Assembly (NCBI GenBank): GCA_964270895.1
Contig: OZ185443.1
DNA length: 64,000 bases
DNA from: Podarcis filfolensis
Taxonomy: Eukaryota
Reading direction: 5' to 3' (one strand)
Numbering within the stretch: position 1 is the first letter of the stretch; the number at the start of each line of letters is the position of its first letter. Shown piece by piece: positions 33,103 through 45,750 of this stretch. Under the pieces are notes generated by a model. It searched no databases. It saw only the letters and a program-made list of their open reading frames with translations, and was not told where the DNA came from. The translations under genes and the position numbers were made by a program.

Positions 33103-36100
33103 CTGTAGGGAGGGGGGGGAATCCTATTACAGCATATAAACCATATAATAGAGTAAAATTATTTATTTTTCAGCCAGTATCTGAATAGGAACAGATACAC
33201 ACTTAATTTTCTTTAGTTGCCATCTTGCTCCTGTGAAACTGTTCTAGTCACTATCCTTCTTTTGGATCATCATTCTTTTTTCTGCCAATGATCAGAAGTC
33301 ATTTCCAAGCAAAGCAAAATGGATCAACATGCTGGCTTTGTGCCGTAAACGTTTATAAATTGCTAACCACAAAGTATATAATCAGTGCATTCAGCTTTGA
33401 TACTACTGACTGCATACTGACATGCTACTAAATTGCAGTTTATTCTTAAATGAATGAATCTCAAGCTTGCCCCTCCCTCCATTCCAATGGGGACATGAAA
33501 ATAGAAAATACAAAATTACAAACTGTATTTTTTTATTAACCATAGTATACTGAACCAAGCCAACTTCAAATAGGAGAGGGCATGAGTGATTAAGTAACCT
33601 TCATTTTAAGTCATTATGAGCTCATAAACCAAAGTATGCCTGCCTCAGTAGTTGCCCTACAAGACACTCTAAATACTCATTAGTGCCTGTATGGCCCCAA
33701 TTTTTTAGCTTGCTATATAATTTCCTGATGACTGGGTGGTGATGGACCTTTATTTCTTAGCACTTATCAAATATTATTGTTTCAAACTGAAAGGAAGGTG
33801 TCCAGGTCAACCAATAACTTAATGTTTCTTCAAAACTCTGTTTTTTGAAGTAATTATGTAAACAATCAAGAAAAGGTTGTGTCATCAGGTTTTTATAAAT
33901 TATTCATCTGTCAACACACACAAAAATTCAGTTTCCTTCCTTTCCTTCCTCTTAAAATACTGTATACATTGAGTGATTGACAATGGCAATCTAGAAAAAT
34001 GAAACAATTCAAACAAGGAACAGCAAAAGGGGAGAGGTTTATATTGGAGGTGAAATGGATGCCATAAGCAAGTTTATTTTTACTTATTGCGGTTAATCTC
34101 AAATAAAAAACGTAGCACTAGAAATCATAAAAATGTAGTATGATGTAAAGTATGGGTACAGATTTAACCCTTGCCCCAAATAAAGTCCCTTATTCCCCTG
34201 CTCTTTTCACCTACGGGGTGGGGCGGGATCCATGTTTTGCAAAGCCAGACACACACACAAAACCCACAGCTGCCTTTTGTTGAAATGAAGCTGGCAGTTT
34301 CTGTTGTTTTTGCCTCCTACTTATTGTGTGAACGAGAACAGTAGGCTGTAGGAGAGAGCAGTGTTCAGCCCTCTCACCCGCTCTTTTCTTGCTGGTTTCT
34401 GCACTAATAAACAAACCTCATCACACAATCAACTCTATTCCCCAGCAACAAGGGATAAAACCACATTGTATCCATTCACGTCCTTGCCTGCTCTCGATTA
34501 TCCTCCCCAACTTCATCTTCAGTACCTCCCCCTTAGTTCTGTTGACATGTTACCAAACCACTGGTTACCATTTCTACCAGTTCTCTCCCCCTTTCTTCCT
34601 AACTCCAGATGCATCACAGCTACATCTCCACCCACTGTGAAATTTAAGTGCAGATTAGGGTATATTTGAGGTCTGCTGGGGATTGCTTTCCTCCAAGTGG
34701 CTTCCCTGTAAGACTAAGATGGAATAGTTGACATGCATGATTGCACTTGTAGGTGTGTGAACCTCTTTATATCTTAATATATTAAACCTTTGCTCAACTA
34801 ATTTGTAAAGACCCCTCTACCTGAACTGCACATTTCCTCTTAACAAATTCAACTAAGGAAAATGTAACCTCTAGTAAACATCTTACATAAGATTGCAACC
34901 TGAAGCTTACAGCAAGGCTGAAATAAAAAAAGGCAAGGCAATAATCTATTCTCTGGTTTAAAATGCCAGTCTGGCAAGACACTGAAAAGGATATCAAAGC
35001 TTGGTTTTGACTTTTTCAACTTACAGAACAATTGTATAGGAAAATGTTATTGCAAGTTCATGATCTCTATTGCCATGAACATCCCCACACTGAAATGTTG
35101 ATTTACAAATCCACTTAACACAGCAAGCATTTTTTTGTTCCTCCCTAAGCACTACTCGGCTCCTCCAAGCTCTACGGAACAGCAATTCTGACAGGTTGAA
35201 TTCTTTCTGCTCTAGTACATTCGATTTCCTGAATGCCTCCCCCATCTCCAACACAGTCCAAAGTAACAAGAAAACTATTGAGACTGTACATTTTCTGAAG
35301 CTTCAAGTATGCATTGTGGCTTAAGATTATAGCCCAACTTTCTTTAAAGCCCTCAAGGGAGCATTATACGTTAATGTTAAATAAATAGAGTACAAGAAGC
35401 CAATTCAAAAACAAACACCACAAAGAAAAATGCCTAGCAGTGTATACTAGAAGTGATTTTAATGAACTTGTACCATTTTACTTGGTTGTAAACTGCCTGG
35501 TATGTATCTTTTTATGACAGGTGGTATAAAAAGGGTTTTCAATAGATAAAATAATAATACTAGTATGTAACCATCCACAAAGTAATATCACACAATATAG
35601 TTACTTCATTTCTCCTGTTTATAAATAAGCAATACTTTGTATACTGTTCACTAATACTGAATCTCTCTGCTTCTGAGAATCTATATGCCCACGTATCTTT
35701 CAGGCCTTTCATTAAATGTGAAGCTTATTGACCGCATGTGTCTCCTTATCAGTCTCCTAACTCCATGTTGGAGAAAATCATTTTCCTGTCTTATTACCTA
35801 CACCCCAAGACATATTCATTTAGAAATTCTACCTTGAATTGTTCTACTTAGTTTTGGCTGCTTCTCAACTATTTTCAGGTTCCAGGGACAAACTACATCC
35901 ATTTCCATTACCCCAGTCCTTTTAACATTGGTTTGCATGCCCTCACTCTCTGCACAGTGACAATGATAAATAAGTGTTAACTAATAATAATGGTACAAAT
36001 GTATTACAGAGTATTTCAGTAGATCAGACTATGTGTCCTAAAAAAGAAGAAGTATTTTTATGTAAAGCAGACATGGAAATCCCAACTCGTGGAACATAGT

Positions 36101-36164
36101 TTTTGTACCCATTTACACCTATCAGAAGTAGCCCAAAGGACACCCATGAAAATTTGAGACTTAC

Positions 36165-36322
36165 CTGGGGTTGTGTTGAAATCTAAGATGCGGTGATGTG
36201 ACTGCATTAAGTCAGGATTGCTTGAAGACAGTGTTCCACTGACCGGCAGAGCAGGAGGAATGTGCTTGGACTGCCTCAATCCCACAATGCTGTCATCCTG
36301 AGATTGGCCAATTCCAATATCG
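36165..36322 (-). CDS. RAPGEF2: RAPGEF2 exon: (N)[17 protein letters not shown]...SSSNPDL...DFNTTP
   Basis: 158 nt, AG/GT, phase 2-1. Confidence 0.97.
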
Positions 36323-36714
36323 CTACGACGATGGGAAAAACAAAAGTATTTAGTGCTTTTATATTATCGTGACCTATATTGCTTTATTTCCCCCTGTATT
36401 TCTGATTTCCACATAAGCCATTCATCTTACAGATTTCTAAAGTATAAGCATTGCTTTGGCAAACTTACTCAACAGGAAGTTTTAACCAAAGCCATATTCA
36501 CTAGTAAGGTACCAGCAAGATTGGAACTGTTACACCTAAATGTTGATTATAAATAAAGCTCAGGATTTTGTTTTTAATGTATGCAGAATACATGAAAGTA
36601 TGTGATAAAATTTCCAGCAGCCCTGCCCCCTTTTTTTGGAAAAGAAATGTTGATGTATTTATTTTATTCTTCATGAACCATTTCTACACAGAGATTCAAC
36701 TCGCTATTGGGTAA

Positions 36715-36830
36715 TGGTATTATTTATTAAATTTATATCCTGCTCTTCCTCCTAATGGAGCCTAGGGCAACAAACAAGTGATAAAACATTAAAACATCTT
36801 AGAAACAATTCTAATACTGATGCAGATTTC
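36715..36830 (-). mobile_element. L2-type 3' tail fragment
   Basis: TTTATTAAATTTATATCCTGCTCTTCCTCC...GCCTAGGGCAA resembles the tail at 23460. Boundaries approximate. Confidence 0.55.
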
Positions 36831-36911
36831 AAGGCAATAACCAATACAATAAAACTACAGACTGAGTTGACATAATGGAAAACACTCTGCGGTGCTGTGC
36901 ATCACACTCAC

Positions 36912-37158
36912 TTGTATGGTTTCTGAGGCAAGATACTGATGCGGGTTTTGTCTAGTATCTTCTTGAGCTTGTTTCGCCCACCAACAGTGTTGGCTTTGCT
37001 CTTCTTGGTTACCTTTTCCAATCCTATCACCTGCTCAACATCAACTCCAAGATCTGGTATGGAATAACGGCTTGCTTTTTTAATATCACCAATTTTAGGA
37101 AGATGAGGAGCGCCGTTTCTTTTCTCCTCTGACAATCTTGTTAGAAGTTCCTTAAAAA
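36912..37158 (-). CDS. RAPGEF2: RAPGEF2 exon: (V)[15 protein letters not shown]...[10 protein letters not shown]
   Basis: 247 nt, AG/GT, phase 1-2. Confidence 0.97.
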
Positions 37159-38219
37159 CTGCAGAAAAGACGGAAAACACATAGAAAATAAACTCAAAAG
37201 AAATACATCAGACCCTTCTTGCACAGGCTATGAAAAGCAAAGAGGCATTTCACATTTGAACAAAATCCATGCTTGGATTAACGATACTTCTAAAAATCTA
37301 TTCCTGGGCATAGAATTAAGCCTCAAAATAAGTTGTTCACCTTATACCTAATAAAGAGAGTTTAAAAATCCATACATAGCTAAAGAGCAAGGGCACATTT
37401 ATGTCAGAAACAAGAAAAAAGCTATGGCATATTTCCTTCCAGAAGGTCAACTGAAATCCTACAGTGGCAAGTCTAGGAAAGCCATAACACAATAGTTATG
37501 CACGTTGTCTCAACATATTCAGAGGAATGCTGCGAGGTACAAAGGTCTCTAAGAATGATTTTCCACGAACAGTTTTAGTAACTTTACGCTGCTTCCAAAA
37601 TCATTTCACACTAAGGGTCTTGGCTGTAGTTACTTTAGAAACATTATGCAGACATACATATTATCTTATGTATGAAGTTAAATTTCATTACTGCAATAGT
37701 CTTTTCTGACCTTAATCTTTCCTAAACTTCAAAAGGGAACATTTGTAATTTAAGGTTACAATTCCCACTTAAGAGGAAGTAAACCCCACTGAACTAAGTT
37801 GGACAGCAAATACATTCCATTTCTTATTATGATTTTTTTATCAGTTTTTAGCATTGTTATAAAATATTATAACATCTGTACATTTTGTTCTTATACAGCA
37901 GTAACTATGGAGACTGAAACATTTATTGCAAATGTGGATGTCTTGCTTTCTACCTTCAGTGAATCTTTTTCCACACCGACCTTGCCTGTGGAAATTCTGT
38001 TCTGCACAATTTAAAGATGTGTTCTGGAATGCACCGTAAAACATGGTCAATACTCATCTATGGTTGTGCATTGCAGAAAAAGATGGCAAGTAGTGAACAA
38101 GCTGTCTTTGTGCTTTTAAGGACATCCCGGTGAGGGTACTCCTGGTCTCATCGCAACACAATTCTAAAACCATTGCATTATAATAAAAGTTACACTTAAA
38201 CCTATGGCTTTAAACTTAC

Positions 38220-38328
38220 CAAATAAGTTAGTTTTCACAGTGATAGACAAATGTGTGTTATTTCGAAGAATTTCCATGGCTTTAGACAGCTGAATGTTTT
38301 CAAAATTTTGGCCATTTACCTCCAATAT
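38220..38328 (-). CDS. RAPGEF2: RAPGEF2 exon (PDZ C-half): [36 protein letters not shown]
   Basis: 109 nt, AG/GT, phase 0-1. Confidence 0.97.
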
Positions 38329-38434
38329 CTAGAAAGAGGAACAAAAGGATTGAATCCTGGCAATTCATAACGATGAAGAGTCTCCACTACAACTATTTGC
38401 ATTCCAAGAACCTGATGAAATTTAATTTACATAC

Positions 38435-38638
38435 CTGATCACCACGTTTCAAGCCTGCTTCAGTGGCTTTGCTACCTGAATCAACACTGTCAACAAAGAT
38501 TCCAAATCCCTTTTCAGATCCTCCCAATAATAAGAAAGGCAAAGGGGCTTCCCGAGATGGCTTTGTTAATGTTATCATTCTTCGTTTAGCTTTAGCAGCA
38601 CATGCAATATTTAACAGCCTCAGATGTCCACCCATTTT
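38435..38638 (-). CDS. RAPGEF2: RAPGEF2 exon (PDZ N-half): [10 protein letters not shown]...[14 protein letters not shown]...GLKRGDQ
   Basis: 204 nt, AG/GT, phase 0-0. Confidence 0.97.
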
Positions 38639-38727
38639 CTGTAGGGAGAGAATCCAGAGCCATTTGTTAGATGTAAAGTCACCTCAGTGTAGGACAGCAA
38701 GTCTCTTACTTTGCCAATAATCCATAC

Positions 38728-38835
38728 CTCTCTTTCTAAATTGTTCTCAAATTCTTCCAGAAAACGAGTCATTGCAGAATCTCCCTCAAAATCATTGAAG
38801 TGATTGTTCACCCACAACAATACTACCCGTGTAAC
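38728..38835 (-). CDS. RAPGEF2: RAPGEF2 exon (REM): [36 protein letters not shown]
   Basis: 108 nt, AG/GT, phase 0-0; followed by an 89-nt intron. Confidence 0.97.
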
Positions 38836-39677
38836 CTGAAAGAAACAATATAAATTCTTTATATAAATGCAGTTTTAAAAACCCAAGGAAAACTATTTTT
38901 CAGCTGCTTTCTTATTTTAGACATTTCCCCAACACCATATACTTCAGTATCTGATCTAGTGACATTTTTTTTAAATTTCTAGAAGTCCACCAGGTTAAAA
39001 AAAAGAAAAAGCAAGAAACTGGGTTTTAAACATAAAGCTTCACATTTGTACAAAATCCTTCACGTACTTCTTTTCAGAGAAGAGAAACCTGTTATCCTAC
39101 ATTTTTACCACAGGACTTCTATGCAAATAAGAAACACTACCATATCTCTTCATGAAACTATAGTGTTGAAATGGTAGCAATTTAAAAAGAATTGCTTCTG
39201 AAGCAATAGGCTCCAAACAGTTAACTGTCTTACAAAAATAACAGATTAAAAAATAAATTTGGGTTACTTTTTCTTCTTTTTTAAAAAGGCCTAAAGGCCA
39301 TTTCCAATTTTGCATGTTTCTGTAATATGCTTTTTAGCTATGCTACCTTAGTTCAAAAGGAAAACTTTGCTCCTGCTGTGTCAGCAAACCGAGTCACTAT
39401 CAGAAGCCACTATTCATTATATAGATTTTAATAACATGGAATCAATACAACTACCACTTCTATGCACTAACAAAACACAAAATTCAATGCAGTCTTTCGT
39501 TACAATGAGTTTAAAGAATCCATAAATAGACCTTGACAGGAACCAAAATTCCGACAATGTGCTGTTGAGAACCCGTTACCCTTCAAGTTTCTAAAATCCC
39601 TGTTCTGCTACAATGCCACAAATTTGAAAGTAACTGCTTGAATTCTTAGACCTAACATGAATTGAGGCATCCAAACA

Positions 39678-39750
39678 CAGAATTCTAGAATTGTAGAGTT
39701 GGAAGGGACCCCAAGGGTCATCTAGTCCAGGTACCAGCAATGCAGGAATA
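39678..39750 (-). mobile_element. CR1-type LINE 3' tail fragment
   Basis: AGAATTCTAGAATTGTAGAGTTGGAAGGGACCCCAAGGGTCATCTAGTCCA. Confidence 0.7.
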
Positions 39751-40523
39751 TTTTGCCTAACATGGAAAGAAAGAAGCAAGGGACTTTGTAGATCACAGAG
39801 GTCTGCTCCCTTCTCCCCTGGATAACCCTGTTGGATCTGTCAATAGATCTTTATCTTCATAGCCATTAAAGGCTAGAAACAATCTTTCAGGATGCTGAAT
39901 TCTATGCACCATAAATTTAGTGCACAGCTGAGGAACTGGACCTGGCTAGTGTATTGTAACCTTCCTTGCTCCAACCCATTGGCCAAGTGGGTGGTGGTGT
40001 CCACCTGTAAATCACCTGGTATCATTATGATGTCAGGTGACAACCTGAAAGGAGCTCACAAAGCCCCTTTGAAAGCCAGTTTTCGGCACCAATCAGTTTA
40101 CAAGCTACCCCCTTGACAGTCCATTTGCTAGTGGTCTGAATATAAGCCGCTTACAAACATATTCCAAAGGGTGGCTGTCAGCACCCAACAGCTGATGAGA
40201 GCTGAGAGCCCTACCAGCTGCAGTAGGGAGTTCCTGATGAAGTGCAGCCAGTCAATCTCAGTGAAGCTCCCTTTTTGAGCACTGAAGGACAATCCTGTGT
40301 GTTTCTGAATGTGGTTGTCAACTCACCACTCTGCTGCTTCCAGCTGGGGCCTAGGACTGCTCTGCCCATTTCTAACTCCAGTTAAAGCTTTTTAACCTCT
40401 TTCACATATTTGGCTAAAATCTAGTCAGACATGAATGTCAAATGTGAAAACTTTAATCTGATTAACACAAACAAAAGTTTTTAAAACTGATTTTCAGGTC
40501 CAGATGAAGATGGGTACATTTAA

Positions 40524-40875
40524 CGCTGTGGTCTAAACCACTGAGCCTAGGGCTTGCTGATCGGAAGGTCAGCGGTTTGAATCCCTGCGACGGGGTGAGC
40601 TCCTGTTGCTCGGTCCCAGCTCCTGCCAGCCTAGCAGTTCAAAAGCACATCAAAGTGCAAATAGATAAATAGGTACCACTCCAGCGGGAAGGTAAACGGC
40701 GTTTCTGTGCGCTGCTCTGGTTTCGCCATTAGCAGCTTAGTCATGCTGGTCACATGACCCGGAAAAACTGTCTGTGGACAAACATCAGCTCCCTTGGCCA
40801 GTAAAGCGAGATGAGCGCTGCAGCCCCAGAGTCGTTTGCGACTGGACTTAACTGTCAGGGGTCCTTTACCTTTTT
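40524..40875 (+). mobile_element. Near full-length Squam1/Sauria SINE
   Basis: Head GCTGTGGTCTAAACCACTGAGCC..., core GTGCAAATAGATAAATAGGTACC, tail GACTGGACTTAACTGTCAGGGGTCCTTTACCTTT. Confidence 0.92.
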
Positions 40876-41093
40876 TTCATTACATGCATTGCTACAAGTA
40901 GTGAAATAGACATAGGTGGCCAATCAGATTATATACATTCTTTTTCTCCTCCACTGAAATGTTATCTCCAGTGGGGGGGGGGAATATTGCCTGCTTTGTT
41001 GTCCAATTAAACTAACCGATACCACTTTACAATTTGTTTAATTAGTGTATATTAAAATACGGTCATATTTTAGAATGTCATTATTAATGCAAC

Positions 41094-41258
41094 CTTATCC
41101 CTGAGGCTAGGATCATTGAACCACTCCAATAACTTCTTCCCCACTTCCATCGGGCTGGAAAGAAATGTCCTGTAGGTCAACAGGAAATCCTCGATAAATG
41201 TTGGATCAACCACTGAATGTTCTTCCACCAAATGCATTGTCAACCTTTCCGGCGTTCC
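41094..41258 (-). CDS. RAPGEF2: RAPGEF2 exon (REM): [32 protein letters not shown]...SLRDK
   Basis: 165 nt, AG/GT, phase 0-0. Confidence 0.97.
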
Positions 41259-41545
41259 CTATAAAATGTAAATGTTCAAATATCAATACACATGAATGCA
41301 TCTCAGCTTGAGCCTTTTTTTTTCCTTTTTTTTTGTGTCTCACTGAAGTTAACATACATGTACTGGACCAGATTTACACAAAGTACCATACACAGCAATT
41401 AAGAATAGTTCTTTGGTAGTTTTTCTCATTAAAAAGTCTGAAAAAAGATAGCATCTGTATAACATTAGGATATAAATCAAAAAGACTGTGGTTTGAAAGA
41501 AAAGGATAAACTGCTATTAGGTATATTATAGTATAAAAAATATAC

Positions 41546-41698
41546 CTTGATAACAATGTGACCCTTTCTTGTTCCAGTGCGATCCAATTCCCTATGTTCT
41601 TTAACCATAACAATCTCTCCTTCCTCTTCTACCTTCTGCATGTTTTTCTCCACTTGGTTGAGGATGCGGCAATAATCTTGCTGGGCTATGCACACAAA
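41546..41698 (-). CDS. RAPGEF2: RAPGEF2 exon: [19 protein letters not shown]...RKGHIVIK
   Basis: 153 nt, AG/GT, phase 0-0. Confidence 0.97.
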
Positions 41699-43520
41699 CT
41701 AGGGAAAATAGATTGCAAGAGACAAGTTCAAAGGTAATGGTTTCTAAAATGTTAAGAGTACTTTGTCCAACCTGCCCTGCTGTCTAGAATACCTTAGTCC
41801 CAAGTGTAAGGGATGCTATAGATTTGCCATCCTCAAATGTAGCAGAAACTATGAAGTCAGACCTTTAACTTCATGAGATTGATTAATAACCCCCATTAAA
41901 GCTCATTATTATTAACTTCTTTTTACTTTTATGGCACATACATATTTTTCTAAATTAGTTTTCCAGCTAAATGCAGAATAAATGCAGAAGTTGAACTTCT
42001 ACAGGTTCCACTATTTCTCTGATTTTGGAACTGTTCACTATCACAAGGGGTACCATAAGCAATTTTTCTGTTATCACTGCAGATAAAGTGCTTTATGCAA
42101 TGAATATCCAAATGTGCCTTATGATCATTTCTGCTACACTAAGTGGTTGAATAAGCCAGGATGATATATTCTGTTATAATTCTTGCCTTAGGAAAGTGCA
42201 TGATTAATTGATAAAATATGAATTAATGCCTATCAAAGAAATCTCATATCTCTATCCTTCTCCTATTGCCCTAAATAAAAGCTAAATCTGACTTGACATT
42301 TATTTTAAGGAAATTCCTAATTTCCATCTTGAGGGCATATAAAAAGTAAATGATGAAAGGAAAATGCCTTTTTAACAGTTGCTTCTACAATTAAAATAAG
42401 CAGCTATTTCCCCTTTTTAATCAGAATATTATTGCCAAGCATAATAAAGTAAAATAAAATATGTGATTCCTTCCACCTGACAGTCATGTCCTCACCCTTT
42501 CACAACATGCAAGTTTTTAACTGAACACACCACACTTGTGCAATGTCCAATTTTTATCACCCAGGCTTGTTGATGAACTATTTTGGTTCTAGAAATGAAT
42601 GTATTCCCTTTTATACTGGAATGTTTAAAATTACAGCTTTTTATATTCTTGGATACAACTGCAGCTGAGATTCTCCCTCTGTCTAACTGCCAACTGCAAC
42701 TGCTGAGGCCATCAGAGGGAGAAGCAGCAGCAGCAGCAAGGCACTCCTCTCTCTATCTGTTATGAATATGAATCTAAATTATCCTGCATTTAATACAAAC
42801 TAATTACGTTTTGTAAGCCACATTGGGCGGGCTCTACCTTGAAATACAGCATTTAAGAACAAAGAAAGAAATGAATAAATATTCATATATTTCAAATTAA
42901 TATTCTTTCATTTAAAATTCATAAGAATGTGATCTTTACTAACAAGTGCTGCAAATAGGTTCATTAACCACAAACACGGGATATTCATTTTGGTTTTTTG
43001 ACAGATCAATGAGGCCACGCTTGAGACACTGAAGTTATATTACAGCCACAAGTTTACATCACTTAATGTTCTCATATTTATGGCACATAATGGCTTTGTT
43101 CAGCTGCAATACAGTTTAGTGCTATGTGAGTGAGCCTCAGGCTGGCCAGCTCACCTCTCCATATTCCTCCTTTGGCACAGCGATGGGTAGGAGTACAGAA
43201 GCAGTCACTTCCATTTTTAACTAACTTAAGGTTTTAGCTAACTGATCAACCCCAGTTGGTAGTTGTCCAAACCTGGATAACCGTTGGCTGTTCTTTTTAT
43301 GGTTTAGTAAACAACTTCATACTGTGGTTTATTATTGTTGTTGCTACCCTTGTTATATTAATTGCCTTCTAAATTTATAGTTTCAAGGCGATTTAAATGT
43401 AAAATAATTCTTAAAAAAAATAAAACACAAACCTATTTAAAACAGGATGAAGACTCTAACAAGTAGTCAGTTGTTAAGACCCATTTATCCAGATGGGAAA
43501 GCCTGTTGACATTTCCCAAA

Positions 43521-44238
43521 CCCATAGATCAGGCATAGATCTCCAGATCTATGGCGTGCGAGCGGCAGGGACTCCTTTCTGAGGCTCCCTCTGCCTTCGC
43601 TGGTGTGGGTGAGCTACCTTTTTCTGGAGGGGAGAGAGATCGCCCGCTCACCCCTCCCCCTCCTCAAAGATGGAGGGAGCCCTGGGATGGAGCCTGACAG
43701 GCTCCTTTCCGAGGCTCCCTCCACCTTGGCTGGTGTGGGGGAGGTGGGCAAGCTACCTCTTTCTTCTAGGAGAAAGAGATAGCCCATTCGCCCTCCACTC
43801 CCAGAAGATGGACTAGGTGGTAGTAGCCAAGAGCACCGAACCTGTCAGGCTCCATACATTTGACTGCCTTCACCCAAGCAGGCAGGCTGCCTCTTTCTTC
43901 ATGGGGTGGTTGTATTCCCTTGGAAGAAAGACACAGCCCACCCTCCCAGGTGAAGGCAGCCAGGCAGTAGCCAAGTGTATGCTTTGCCCCAGCACCACCA
44001 TCAGGCAGCCTCTGCACCACTTCACAAGGTGTACGGTGCAAGCCACCCTATCCAGCCTTGCAGAACAGGGCTGCCTGATGCTGCTGGCGAGCGTTGGGCC
44101 TAGTATCAGCATCAGGGAGTCTCTGTACCACGAGGCTGCCTTCACCTGGGTGGCTGGGCTCCATCTTTCCTCCTGGGGTCTAGCACTCACAAAGCTGTTT
44201 TTCCTCAGCCGCACCCAACTGTCCCAGAGCTGATACCA
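43521..44238. repeat. Unclassified GC-rich element with internal direct and nested inverted repeats
   Basis: Direct repeat ~43570-43660 / ~43700-43802; perfect inverted repeats of 14 bp (43688-701/43841-854), 17 bp (43945-961/44134-150) and 12 bp (43999-44010/44069-080). Confidence 0.65.
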
Positions 44239-44686
44239 TATGACAGCAGGTGTGAAGAACGTCAAGCTGCGGCTGCAAAGACACACTAGAGTAGTGTACT
44301 CCTGGTGCGGGACTTACATTTGTTGTCTTTTGCATTTTGTGTCAAATGCATGCTCTGCTTTGTTCCACTTAGGAACTGTTCATGTAAATTTAGTGCCAAT
44401 TGTGCCTTGTTGGAGATTGGCTCCACTTAGAACTCTCCAACTGGAACTTCTGAATGAAGTCATCTCTTCCAAGAGTGGCACTTGCATTTTGCACTGAATT
44501 TAAATCCACCGCCAAATGCAAGAATCACTCTTGGCAGGAATCTTTGCAGCTTGAGTTCAAGCTGAGACTGCAAAGGACAAAAAAAACGTTCCTTTGCAAG
44601 CATAGCTTGAATTCATCCTTAGACCACAAAGGAGGAAGTGGATGCTCTTAAGAGTGGCTCCTGATTCCTTTGCCATGGGTTCAAAG

Positions 44687-44865
44687 NNNNNNNNNNNNNN
44701 NNNNNNNNNNNNNNNNNNNNNNNNNNNNNNNNNNNNNNNNNNNNNNNNNNNNNNNNNNNNNNNNNNNNNNNNNNNNNNNNNNNNNNNNNNNNNNNNNNNN
44801 NNNNNNNNNNNNNNNNNNNNNNNNNNNNNNNNNNNNNNNNNNNNNNNNNNNNNNNNNNNNNNNNN
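44687..44865. other. Assembly gap or masked run (179 N)
   Basis: Run of N. Confidence 0.99.
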
Positions 44866-45086
44866 TGATCCTGACCACCTGCCAAAAGTGGCCTGTGGAA
44901 GGTAAGGGAATTCTGGATCCAACCCACTGGCCAGCTTTATCATAGAGTAACCACATATTCTGATCTCTTCCACACAGCTGTGCTGGAGAAGAGAGGAAAA
45001 CACACCAATAATAATTCAGCATTACATCTGAGCCTGTCATATATTTGCATATTATTCTAACAGGTAATTCAGATTTTATTTTCTAC

Positions 45087-45245
45087 CTGGCAATCATCCA
45101 CTTTGGTTCTCATTACTCCTTTCATGTATTCTTTGTCCATGGTAGGGGAAACACCAAAACTGTTTCCCATGCATAATATTTCTGATCTTCCTTCAGGATG
45201 GGTCACTTCCACAGAACCATTCAAAATAACAGACCAGGAGTCCAG
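45087..45245 (-). CDS. RAPGEF2: RAPGEF2 exon (cNMP domain): [31 protein letters not shown]...VDDCQ
   Basis: 159 nt, AG/GT, phase 0-0. Confidence 0.97.
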
Positions 45246-45750
45246 CTAAAAATGAAACATAGAGTTTGAGACATACAAACATAGGAAAACCATTTCACCT
45301 TTTTAGGTATCATTGTGTGAATTTGTTTTTCAATAAATGCTTGCAAAAGGGAAATGAAAAAAGCGGGAAAGTACACATATACATAATAAAAAACCACTTC
45401 AAGATCCTGCAGTTTTACCAACATAAACTTTACACATGTACAGAGGTTAAAGGAGATGCAGACATATCTACTGGATATGCTGCCTTATTTATCAGCTACT
45501 TTTAAGGCAAAGAAGATTAAACATTGGATTTGCTTCTGCTATAAGCAGTATGGAACAAGACAGCTAACCTTTTCAGACCCATGGGTCACATTTGAGCTTG
45601 CCAAACCATCCGAGGGCTGCGTGACACATGGCTCCTGATCTCTCAAGCTCTTTCTTACACTTGCTTGCTCTGCTCTCTCTTCAGGATCTGCATGCAGACA
45701 GGTACACTTCGAGCACACTTTCCCCATGCCTACAACACTCACTGATATCG

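Noticed and set aside
44225-44238. TGGTATCAG (minus) resembling a tRNA-iMet primer-binding site, suggesting an LTR element
   Set aside because: Only 9 nt match; no TG...CA LTR with a TSD and no gag/pol remnant nearby.
44469-44534. Identity with human miR-3688 (recalled from the RAPGEF2 region)
   Set aside because: Only a short GCCACTCT overlap; not enough to name it.
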